Program-made: the position numbers and the translations under genes | NCBI RefSeq assembly: GCF_009914755.1 | Contig: NC_060937.1 | Direction: 5' to 3' (one strand) | Origin: the human T2T-CHM13v2.0 reference genome, Homo sapiens | Length of the DNA stretch: 64,000 nucleotides | Shown here: positions 15,001 to 27,810 of the stretch, piece by piece | Layout of the letters: each line of letters begins with the position of its first letter | Numbering within the stretch: the stretch's first letter is position 1 | Notes under the pieces: generated by a model | Told to the model about the DNA's origin: nothing | Database searches by the model: none | What the model saw: only the letters and a program-made list of their open reading frames with translations

Positions 15001-17598
15001 AGGAATGCAATGGAATGGAATGGAAAGGAATGGAATGGACTCGAATGGAATGAAATGGAATGGCCTCGAATGGAATGGAATGGACATGAATGGAATGAAA
15101 TAGAATGGAATCGACTCGAGTTGAATGGAATGGAATGGAATGGACTCGAATGGTATGGAATGCAATGGAATGGACTCGAATGGAATGGCCCCAGATGGAA
15201 TGGAATGGAGTGGAATGGAATGGAATGGAATGGAATGGAATGGAATGGAATGGAATGGAATGGACTCGAATGTAATGGAATGTAATGGAAGGGACTCGAA
15301 TGGAATGGAATGGAATAGAAGGGACTCGAATGGAATGAAATGAAATCTAATTTACTCGAATGGCATGGACTGCACTCGATTGGAATTGAGTGCAATGGAT
15401 TAGAATTGACCCGAATGGAATGGAATGGAATTGACTTGAATGGAAAAGAATGGAATTTAATGTAATGGACTCGAAGGTATTGGAATGGAACTGACACGAA
15501 TGGAATGGAATTGACTCGAATGGAATGGAAAGGAGTTTAATGGAATGGACACTAATGGAATGGAATCTAATTTAATGCAATGGAATGGATTCAAATGGAA
15601 TACCATGAAATGTACTCGAATGGAGTGGAATGCAAAGGAATGGACTCGAATGTAATGGAATTAAATAGACTCAAACTGAATGGAATGGAATTGAATGGTG
15701 TCGAAAGTGATGGAATGGAATGCAATGGAATGGACTCCAAAGGAATGGAATGAAATTGACTCAAAAGGAATTGAATGGAATGGACCACAATGGAATGAAT
15801 GGAATGGAATGGACCCGAATGCAGTGGATTGCTTTGTAATTGAGTGGAATGGAATGGAATTTAATGGAATGGACCCTAATGGAATGGAATGGAATGGACT
15901 CGAAAGGAATAGAATGGAATGGACTCAAATGGAATGGAATGAAATGGAATGGACTGGAATTGAATGGAATGAACTCGAATGGAATGGAATGGAATGGAAT
16001 CGACTCGAATTGAATGGAATGGAATGGATTGGACTCGAATTGAATGGAATGGAATGGATTGGACTCGAATAGAATGGAATGGAATGGACTCGAATTCAAT
16101 AGAATGGAATGGACACGAATGGAATGGAATGGAATTGAATGGACTTGAATGGAATGGAATGGAATCGACTCAAATGCAATAGAACTGAATGGACACGAAT
16201 GAAATGGAATGGAATGGAATGGACTAGAATGGAACGCAATGGAATGGACTCGAATGGAATAGAATGGAATGGACTTGAATGGAATGGAATGGATTGGAAT
16301 GGACTCGAATGGAATGGAGTGGAATGGACTCAAATGGAATGGAATGGAACTGAATTGACTTGAATCGAATGGAATGGAATGGAATGGAATGGAATCAAAT
16401 GGAATGGAATGTATTGGAATGAAATGGAGTCGAATGGAATGGAATGGAATCGAAAGGAAACTAGTGGAATTGAATGAGCTCGAAAGGAATGGAATGGAAT
16501 GGAGTGGACTCGATTGGAATGGAATGGTATGGACTCGAAAGAAATGGAATGGATTAGAATGGAATGGAATGGAATGGAAATGACTCGAGTAGAATGCAAA
16601 GGAATGGCATGGAATGGAATGGAATCGAATAGAATGGATTGGATTGGAATGTAATGGACTCGAATGTAATGCAATGGAATCGAATCGAGTGGAATTGAAT
16701 GGAATGGAATGGAATGGAATTGAAAGGACTCGAATGGAATGGAATGGAACTCAAAGGACTCGAATGGAATGGAGTTCAATGGAATGGAATGGACTCGAAT
16801 GGAATGGATCGGAATGGACTCGAATGGAATGGAATTGAAAGGACTCGAATGGAATGGAATGGAACTCAATGGACTCGAATGGAATGGAGTTCAATGGAAT
16901 GGAATGGACTCGAATGGAATGGATCAGAATGGACTCGAATGGAATGGAATGGACAGGTTTCGAATTGAATGGAATGGAAGGGAATGGTCTCGAATGGAAT
17001 CGAATGGAATGGACTCAAATGGAATGGAATGGAATGCAATGGATTCAAATGGAATGGAATGGATACAAATTGAATGGAATGGACTCGAGTGGAATGGAAT
17101 GGACTCGAATGGAATGGAATGGAATGCATTGGATTCAAATGGAATGGAATGGATACAAATTGAATGGAATGGACTCGAGTGGAATGGAATGGACTCGAAT
17201 GGAATGCAATGGAATGGACTTGAATGGCATAGAATGGAATGGAATCGAATGGAATGGGTTGGACTCGAATGGACTCGAGTGGAATGGAATCGAATTTAAT
17301 GAACTCGAATGGAATGGAATGTAATTGAATGGAATGGACTCAAATGGTATGCAATGAATTCGAATGGAATGGAATGATATGCAAAAGACTCGAATGGAAT
17401 GGTTTGGAATGGACTCGAGTGGAATGGAATGGAATAGAATGAAATGGAATGGAATGGAATGGAATGGAATGGAATGGAATGGACTGGAATGGAATGGAAT
17501 GCAATGCAATGGAGTGGACCGGAATGAAATCAGATGAAATGGAATCGAATGGAATGGAATGGAATAGAATGTACTCGAATGGAATGGACGGACTCAAA
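1..17598 (+). repeat. Human Satellite 3 (HSat3/satellite III) array, diverged (GGAAT)n, truncated by the window start
   Basis: Continuous GGAAT pentamers with frequent GGACTCGAAT, GCAAT, AGAAT and GTAAT variants. The G-rich strand is on + throughout. The array ends abruptly at ...GGACGGACTCAAA/CGCAAATATCAC. Confidence 0.97.
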
Positions 17599-18209
17599 CG
17601 CAAATATCACTGAGGCTTTCCTTGGAGTAGCTCCTGTAATTAGAATCATTGGTACTCTGCCCTTCTGTCAGTGGTGGAACGTTCTATCGGCATATGTGGA
17701 AGCCTGTTAGAAGGACGAGTTTCTTTGAACACAATAAAATTTTAAGTTAGGAATAACTTATTTGAAAGCAATTCATTGAAAGTTATTGCTAAGAATTTAG
17801 AAGCAAAGTCTTCTGGCAGTCATTTCTTCGAGACGTACGGCAGTGTGGGAGGGATATATAAAGTGGAATAGGAACTTGGGCTAGTTAAATGGAATAGCCT
17901 CCAATGTTAATCTGTTTACCTCTTAACTGAATGAAAAATCCTATAGTTGTAAGAAAAGAAAATATATACAATCCTCACACATTACCTTCTCATCAGCATA
18001 ATTAATCTACATTGAAGATGAGTGTGGCAAAGCAGAGACTCTATATACAGAGAAAAACATAGGGAAATGCAAAGACACTGGGAGAAAAAAAGTGAAGGAC
18101 AGTAGAGCAACTGGAAGCTTCTGACACCAACAGCTTGATGAACGGGGTCACTCAACCCTTGATGGACACAGAGTCACTTCTCTTAGGGAAACTCCAGTAT
18201 TCTCAGGTG

Positions 18210-18394
18210 AAAATATGCAAACATGATGAATGTACACTTGCTACGTCTCCAATTGTGTACTGTTTTCCTTACTTCTGTTTGGAGAAGGAAGTCATATACT
18301 CAGGTCTAGTATCCATGTAGGGGGTGCTCCCCATTTGCAAGATACTAGAAAAAATGGCAAGTTAGAGGCCCACTGTTGTACAAATCAACTAGTT

Positions 18395-18446
<52 letters not shown>

Positions 18447-18794
18447 GAAAAAGAAGACATGGAGTGGGCATTGATCCACAAGTATATATGCCTACAGGTA
18501 TTCTTAGATGTAATATTCAATTGCAGAAGACCAAACAAGATAGAGCATCCCCCAAAACCCTTCAAAATTTTTGTGCTCACTATGTGTCCACTAATTAAAT
18601 GCATCCTGAGCTCCAGGGAAGGGCTCCCTGATGGTTTCTTAGAGTTCACTGGGTCTTCTAAGGTCAATGTTTTCAAAAGATTGTGTCAGTAACATATGGT
18701 GTCACTGAAGGAGCATTTTAAACTAGGGCATGACCTCTTCCTATAGCCCTAGAAACACTGAGAGATAAATCCTCTGTGAGCCCAGATGGAAACC
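18210..18794 (+). pseudogene. Highly degenerate IGHV pseudogene remnant (probably clan III-like)
   Basis: Octamer-like ATGCAAAC at about 18215; CTACAG|GT acceptor-like site at about 18497; TLQNFCA resembling SLRLSCA; GCTCCAGGGAAGGG resembling FR2; decayed RSS CACTGAG (18756-18762), 23 bp spacer ending TGTGAGCCCAG, ATGGAAACC (18786-18794); then the typical post-V CAGGGGGCGCCCAGGACCC. Confidence 0.5.
18397..18441. repeat. (TG)n microsatellite, about 22 units
   Basis: Perfect TG run read directly. Confidence 0.95.
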
Positions 18795-19382
18795 TCCATG
18801 CAGAGCAGAGGCAGTGCTGCAGGGGGCGCCCAGGACCCACCCAGAACAGGCTCCAGCCCCAGAGCTGGTGCACATGAGGCTGCAGCGGGGATTTCTCTGA
18901 GAACTGAGTGTTGTTTTATTGAAAACCAAAAAATTATAACATGTTAAAATTAGAATTTTGCAAAGACTATTTCTATTATCTCTATACATTTAGAAATAAA
19001 TAAATCAACAATTCAGTGAGAACCACATTTAAAAGGCAAAATTGTTAGCGGTTTGAGGTATTTTCCTAGTAAAAAATGAAGAACAGGGATGGTTTTATTA
19101 AATCAAAAGGTACACATTTCAGAAGACACATAGATCCCAAGAGTAAGACTGCAGACAGCAAAACCCCGAAAGGGTGGAGGCTGTCCATGTGCCATGTCCT
19201 GTGTGAGTCACCTTCTTAGTGGAGAAGTTCTCCCTTCACAAAGTTCTGGGCATATAAAGGGAAACACGACTTTAAATAAGAATGAGGACTTGTACCTCAG
19301 CATCCCACAGTTGTGTGGTTCATGTGAGATCTATTTTCTCTTTCTCATGCTGGATCAAGTGTAAGGCTATGAAGTAGTAGTT

Positions 19383-19399
19383 CTCGTGAATATGCAAAT
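19383..19399 (+). promoter_or_regulatory. IGHV promoter: variant heptamer CTCGTGA plus octamer ATGCAAAT
   Basis: Perfect octamer at 19392-19399, about 100 bp upstream of the V gene ATG. The heptamer differs from consensus CTCATGA at one base. Confidence 0.9.
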
Positions 19400-19499
19400 C
19401 ACCTGAGATGAACACTACAGATATGTCTGTGCCCTGAGAGCATTACCCAATAACCAGCCATGTCCTCTAGAGAAGCTCCTGAGAGCACAGCTCCTCACC

Positions 19500-19935
19500 A
19501 TGGACTGGAATTGGAGGATCCTGTTTTTGGTGGTCATAGCTGCGGGTAGGATAATTCTCAGTCCCCAGGACTAAGGTGACTGGGTCCAGTAAAAGAGGGT
19601 TTTATCCACTCCTGTGTCCTCTCCACAGGTGCCCAGTCCCAGGTACAGCTGGTGCAGTCTGGGGCTGAGGTGAAGAAGCCTGGGGCCTCAGTGAAGGTCT
19701 CCTGCAAGGCTTCTGGATACACCTTCACCAGCTACTGTATGCACTGGGTGCGCCAGGTCCATGCACAAGGGCTTGAGTGGATGGGATTGGTGTGCCCTAG
19801 TGATGGCAGCACAAGCTATGCACAAAAGTTCCAGGCCAGAGTCACCATAACCAGGGACACATCCATGAGCACAGCCTACATGGAGCTAAGCAGTCTGAGA
19901 TCTGAGGACACGGCCATGTATTACTGTGTGAGAGA
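19500..19935 (+). CDS. IGHV1OR21-1: Orphon immunoglobulin heavy variable gene, IGHV1 family (leader exon 19500-19545, 83 nt GT-AG intron, V exon 19629-19935); open frame but non-functional outside the IGH locus
   Basis: Spliced translation [117 protein letters not shown]. It matches my recollection of IGHV1OR21-1 rather than its close paralog IGHV1OR15-9. Confidence 0.92.
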
Positions 19936-19974
19936 CACAATGTGAAAACCCACATCTTGAGAGTGTCAGAAACT
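19936..19974 (+). promoter_or_regulatory. 23-bp-spacer recombination signal sequence
   Basis: Heptamer CACAATG (19936-19942), 23 nt spacer TGAAAACCCACATCTTGAGAGTG, nonamer TCAGAAACT (19966-19974). The usual IGHV1 RSS is CACAGTG-23-TCAGAAACC. Confidence 0.93.
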
Positions 19975-20161
19975 GCAGGGAGGAGGCAGCTGTGTTCCTG
20001 CAGAGGAGATGACAGGGAAGATGAGGTTTAAAGTTGTTTAGAAAATGGGTCAAGTAACTGAGGACAAGGATCAATAGAAACAAGGACACACTCTAATTTT
20101 ATGATAAATATTTTATTCAAGAGTCACCGTATACAGAAAATTCAAAGATTAGTAAAGGCCC

Positions 20162-20520
20162 TGTATTAGTCCATTATCATGCTGCTAATAAAGACGTACC
20201 TGAGATGGAATAATTTATAAAGAAAAGTGGTTTAATGGAATCATAATTCCACATGGCTGGGGTGGCCTCATAATCATGGAAGAAGATGAAGAAAGAGTAA
20301 ACTGATGTCTTACATGGCAGCAGGCAAGAGAGACCTTGTGCCAGGGGAACTCCTGTTTATAAAACTGTCAGATCTCATGAGACATATTCACTACCACGAG
20401 AACAGTATGGGGGAAACCGCCCCCATGATTCAATTACATCCACCTGACCCCACCCTTAACACATTGGAATTATTAAAACTCAAGATGAGATTTGGGTGGG
20501 GATACAGTCAAACCATATCA
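20162..20520 (-). mobile_element. THE1-type (ERVL-MaLR) solo LTR
   Basis: Reads TGTATTAGTCC...GAGATTTGGGTGGGGATACAGTCAAACCATATCA, the reverse complement of the THE1 start TGATATGGTTTG. Length about 360 bp. Confidence 0.85.
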
Positions 20521-23500
20521 ATAAAATCATATCAATGAGTATATTATTGTGAACAAGTTTTCAAATTAGATGGATGAATAATTTGAGCAAGATTATTTGA
20601 TCACATGGTAAGACTAAGTATGATTCTGAAAAATGTCCAAAATGTCTTCCAAGAATGTCTCTGCTACTGTTGTTGCATAAATTTTATTTTAGAGTGGTTT
20701 TAGGATAACAGTGAACTTGAACAGAAAGTACCAGAGCTCCCATGAATCCCCGTCCAACACAGACACAGCCTTCTCCACTATCTGCATCCTGCACCAGAGT
20801 CATATCAGCAAGTTACAAATGATGAACCTACATGGACACTTTGGTTCTTTCTTTTCCTGGTGATCCCGTGGTGTAACAAACATAAATTATCTTGGAGCAC
20901 CAGAGGTATTTTCAGAGGGTTTCTAGGAATGATATTAGAGGGAAAGTGGGTAAGGTTATTCCTATCCATGCCTCTAAAAGTCCAGCAAGTTCTAGTGAAT
21001 TCTACAATGAATGTTCTTTAATGAGAAATGGAGACCTTGGCCATGAGAGATGTCATGTATGAGGCCCTGTAGATGGATTACCTACACTGTAGGCTCGTGG
21101 GGTGTGTTTATGGATGAATCCCTTTTTGCAGCAAATGCAAGCACATGCGTGGGATCCAGGCAGGGACAAAAGCTCCCCCTTAGGAAGAAGGTGGGCACCT
21201 GGAAGGCCCCTCACTGAGGTGGACACTGGTGTCCTGTGCTGGCTGCACGTTGTCAAGAGGCATGAGCCTGATTGGGCTTGTAGAGGGAGAGCCTCATTGG
21301 GGTCACAGGTTATAACAATGTCTGCCATTCTCCAGCTGAACAAGCCCATCTGCTTGCTTGCCAGTGTCAATGCCATATTGGGGTGCACTCTGGAAGATGA
21401 CAAGATGCACACAAACCTCCTCCCACTAATTATCCACTACTAAACATTCAAAAACCACCTGACTTCCAGAAATGGATATGCGCCTGCAGGGATAAACAGA
21501 ACTTAAGTATTTTCTTATCTGGGAAAGACACTGCCAAATACTACACATTTCAGGAAAATTAGTTTGGAATGTTTAAAAACTGACTGAAGGGCAATAGTAG
21601 GTGAGGTGATGGCACAGCCTCAGGGCTGCACATGAGGAGGGCTCCCTCCCCCATGCAGGCTTTTCCTCCAGGAACTGCACCAGGAACTGAGGAAGGATTA
21701 GGGAGAATCATGGAAACATCCTTCTGCGGTGCTTGCTAGGGAGAGGAAATAAATTATGAGTAAAATATTCCCTCTGAATAAAGTATGGGCATTTGTTCAT
21801 ACAAATCTGTATTTCTCAAAGCTTGTGGAGGTCCTGACATAGCCACCATTAGCTGAGAACAAACATTTCACCTCTCCTTGCATGGGGAGGTCAAGCAGCC
21901 TGGAGGTGTCCCTTTGTGGATGATATTTCCCAGCCCCTTTGTCTTCCCTGCTCATCCCTGGGCCTCTGTGTGACGAGTTCTCATCAGTGGAATGTAGTTG
22001 ATGTAGTGTGGTCTTCAGTTTTCTCATCTTCTTTGTTCTCATGTTCCTCTCATGGTGTGAGGTTAAGAAACTCATCTGCAACATAGCACATGACAGCGTA
22101 ATCTCTCTTGTGGACAAAAAATTGGCAAAGGAGACCACCAAGTTGACCATCCCGTATAGCTGACAGTGACAACCACGGGTCAACGTCCCCTCCACAATCC
22201 TGTGTCGGAACATCATCTGAATAACTTTATTAGCAACTTTTCTCGAGAATTATCTTAAAAACTACTTGTCTCATTTTCCATGCAGTTATAACCTATTTTT
22301 CCTAGAGGACAGAGAGAGCTGAATACTGAATATATTGCATGTCTCCTGCTGTTGAAAGTTTGTGACTTTCTCACTTTCTAATTTCTTATCTGCGCAGACC
22401 ACTCTACAGATTTTTCACTGTTGTGACCAGCATTCTGAATATCAAGTGTATTTGACGTTCTTCATATATCGTTCAGCACCAGCTTCTCATCATTTCAGTC
22501 CTCACTGACCACTCTAACTTACACAATGTGTTTCTTTATTTGTTTAATTCTGGCATCGCTCCTTAAATTTCACCAAGCCCATTTTTTGTTATTTCTACAG
22601 GTGATTGATTGTTAATTTTAAATTTTACTTGTGCTTACTTTAATCAGGCAATAACCTAAGATAAAAAAAAACATTGTAAATAAAAGTAAATGCTGTAATA
22701 TTTAAGGTAAGTAAGCCAACAGCTGAGGAAAAGGGAAATCCATTATCCTGGGTAAGTGAGTATGGGGAACTCATAGTATGATTATCTTCTTCAGTTTAAT
22801 TAATACTGCTACGCAAGTTATAGTGTCCTCTCTCTTTATATCAAAACTTTCCCTAACATGTACAATGAAGACTCAGCACAGATACCTTCCACCAGACTAA
22901 CCTAGAACCTCTCAGCGAGTGCCTGAGCTGATAGTGATAGATATCACATTTGTCTAACAAAAAAAACGACACCCTTTAAGGATATCCACCAGCCATATGG
23001 GGACAATTTGAATAATTTAGATAAAGCCCAAACTTGATAGGTAGTAATTTATAATGAGAAACTGACTCCTATCTTCACATGGGATGTTTTTAGGTTTTGT
23101 TGTTTCTTTTTTTTTCCATAGAGAACCTGCTAACGCCACTGTCCAAGTTCTGGATATCTTATTTCCCAGTATGAGAGACTGCATATTATGGTCTGACACA
23201 AAGGAATGTAGCTGTTGTTAGGGATAGGAGATGTGATCGTAAGAACATGAGCAGGGATCCAGCAGTGCTTTGTCTTTTCACAGTTGCCCAGACAGAGACC
23301 CAGGAGAACAATGGGAGAATTGACTTCAGTCTCTCCAGTCCCATACGAGTATTATACCAGATGTTTTATGCCACTGTTTCATAGTAGAAAAATTAGTCTC
23401 TAAAGAAAGTCCGTTTTGAGGACAATACTATTTTCCAGTATCCTTCAAACGCCCCAAATCAGAGAGCACCACAGTGCCCCGTGGCCAGGAGCTACAAGAC

Positions 23501-24159
23501 CTGGGCCTAGAAAACAAATGACAGAAATATCAGTTTATCTTACCGCATCTGTCATAAAAATTTGAAGACTGTTTCCTTCCATCTGGATAATCATAGGTTG
23601 TGATAGACTGGAGCTGCTGGTCTATAAAAATAAACTGGTCTGCAGTGGGTACAGAATTACACCCATAATATAATTGTTCTCCTGAGGTCCTTATGCTGTT
23701 AGACCAGCTGACCAAGAAAGTGTTTTAAGAGCTGCAGTGCTTACTGGATCCTGTCATATTTGGGGCTACATTTGCAGCTACCAAGAGAAACAGAAAGAAG
23801 TCCATTTGGCCCAGGTAGAGTCAATTAATTTCTTTTATTTTATTCCAATGAGGTAAAAAATGCATCAACCAAAATGCAGATGATGATCAAGTGATCAAGG
23901 ACAACAGCCACTCAGTGTTTCAGGTGTGTTTTAGCCCAAAAGCCACACAACATGTGAGAACCTGAACTCTGGAGTCCTGGCCATCTCTGAGGAGAATCTA
24001 GATGGTGGAAGGGAAGACACAATCATTAACATCTAGGGAAATTTCAGGGTTACCTGCTGTAGTGGAAAGCAAACCTTGAGCCTCTGAGACAGTGTGACGT
24101 CCATGGAGACTGAGACAGCTACTGTCTCAAGCCCCTGGTCATGGAATAGTCTCAATGTT

Positions 24160-25222
<1,063 letters not shown>

Positions 25223-25424
25223 GAAGCGAATATAGTTGATTTGACGCTAGTGTGACCAGGAATATTTGAGTGTGTGTGTGCTCTTTGTATTACTTGGTGA
25301 GTGTGTGCCCCTGTGTGTGTGGGGGGGTCATTACCTGTGACTCTACATATGAAGGTGTTGAGAGTGTGTGTGAGTCTGTGAGCATGTTTATATACATGTG
25401 GATTGTTAGTATGCATGCTTTTAG

Positions 25425-26020
<596 letters not shown>

Positions 26021-26109
26021 AGAGATTCATCTCTTGACCTCAGTGTCACATGTCTGAAAATATCAAGTATGTTTGAGTGTCAGAACCTGAGAAAGAAGCG
26101 TTGCCTATA

Positions 26110-27810
26110 ATAAAACCTTCATAAAATAAACAACTGATTTCTCACCAAATTCATGAAGGCAAAAACTCATTGAGGTGGCGTATCAAAAGACTGAAATACA
26201 CTGTCAATCAAGAATTATACACTTTCAAAGAAACCTTCAAAAGTGAAGGAGAAATTAAGGTGAAGATAAAGAAACAAACGCTGATGGAGTTCATGGAACC
26301 TAGACAGTCCTTATGAGAAATGCTATATGGAGTCCCACAGACTGAACTGAAAGGAGAGTGGAGAGGAGCAGAAAATCTTACACCTAAAAAGAACAACAGC
26401 AACAAGGAAGGTGTCCCAGAAATGTCATTACATTTGTGTATGTGAGCGCCAATAGTGTTTTATTCTGCCCTGAGTCTCATGTTTCATTCCTCCATTATTT
26501 TGAAAATCAAGTACCATAATATTAATTATACATGTAAATAATATACATATAATTTGTAAAATACTAATATATAGTAATAACACAGTAAGGGAAGATGGAT
26601 AGAGCTGTAGAGACACAGATTTGTATGCACTATCGATGCTAAGGTAATCATAATTCAATCTATTTTGTTATAAATTTGAATTACCAATTTTAGTGTCCAT
26701 GTTAGCTATAAATATGTAACTAAAATTTTAAAAAAAAATCAGCATGACAGCTGAATAGATGTGCCTGACATTCGTCAATCCCATATGACGGAATGACAGA
26801 ATTGAATAAACAGCTAAGACTAGACTGGACTGATGAAAGGGAGAAGTAGAGGATAGCAGGGGAGAGGAGAGGTCCCTGTGGTTATTAGAAGCCCAATAGT
26901 GCTTCTAATAGTGAAAGCACCCTGTGTCTGCAGCTTCATACTCGAGATTCACATAGGATTATCCCTGGTGAGGAAAGTTAAGTAGAAGAAGCACATCAGA
27001 CCCCACTGCAATCACACATGTCAACAATCCTTACTGTAAAATAAATTCACAGGGTTTGCAAACCCTGAGCTCAACTTGGAGAGCTGGAAGGAATTCATGC
27101 ATCTGTACTGCACAAGATTAGGAGCAAAATCTGTATTCCTTGCCCACCACCCATCCCATTAGCCAAAATGCTATAGCCTGTCACAACTTTGAGACCAGAG
27201 ACACTTCTGGAGGGTGCCCTTCTTTGGGGCAGTAGTCATTGCATGTCTCCACACTGGGCCTCTGTTTCCATTCCATCAAACACACAAGTGGGTAAAGGCC
27301 AAAATACTAGCTGCACAAAGCCTAGAGCCAAGATCCCCTTTGGCTCTGGTGTTGCCCAGCAGGAAACCAACCCCTGAACAGGGCAATAACAAGTCACAAA
27401 ATTGAAGCATTAATAAAAGGTCTTCCAGGAAAGAAAAAAAACCCAGGACTCAATGGCTTCATTGCACAATTGTGACAAATATTTAAAGAAGAAACAATAT
27501 CTATCCTCCTCAAAATATTAAAAAATAGGTAGAGAAGGAGGGAGTACTTTCAAACCTGCTCTATGAGACCAGTATTACCCTGAAATGAAAACCAAATAAA
27601 AACATAAAAAACACTACAGGCCAATGTCTCTGATGAATACAGATGCGAAAATCCTCAAGGAAAACTTAGAAAACACCATTCAACAACACATTAAAAAAAT
27701 CATGCATCATGACCAAGTGCAGTTTATCCCAGTGATTCAAGGATGGTCCAACATATGGAAATCAATCAATGTGACACATCACATCAACAGAAAGGACAAA
27801 GGCCATAAGA
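26110..27810 (+). mobile_element. Old L1 fragments (ORF1-end/5' pieces and an ORF2 piece at about 27370-27810)
   Basis: ORF 27624-27917 begins [41 protein letters not shown], matching the L1 RT motif [25 protein letters not shown]. The upstream parts are less certain. Confidence 0.7.

Noticed and set aside
1-17598. CRISPR-like repeat-spacer reading of the recurring GGACTCGAATGG motif
   Set aside because: The intervening sequences are themselves GGAAT pentamers, the DNA is human, and there are no cas genes.
1-17598. HSat2 assignment
   Set aside because: The array lacks the HSat2 CATTCGATTC/ATGATG-type 23-26 bp periodic unit and is dominated by plain pentamer runs.
232-17603. Over 100 ORFs of MEWNG/FHSIP repeats, up to 422 aa
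   Set aside because: They are the inevitable translation of (GGAAT)n/(ATTCC)n, which lacks stop codons. There is no evidence of coding.
23468-23476. Isolated CACAGTG RSS heptamer
   Set aside because: No V or D coding segment before it and no convincing nonamer at 12 or 23 nt spacing; expected by chance.
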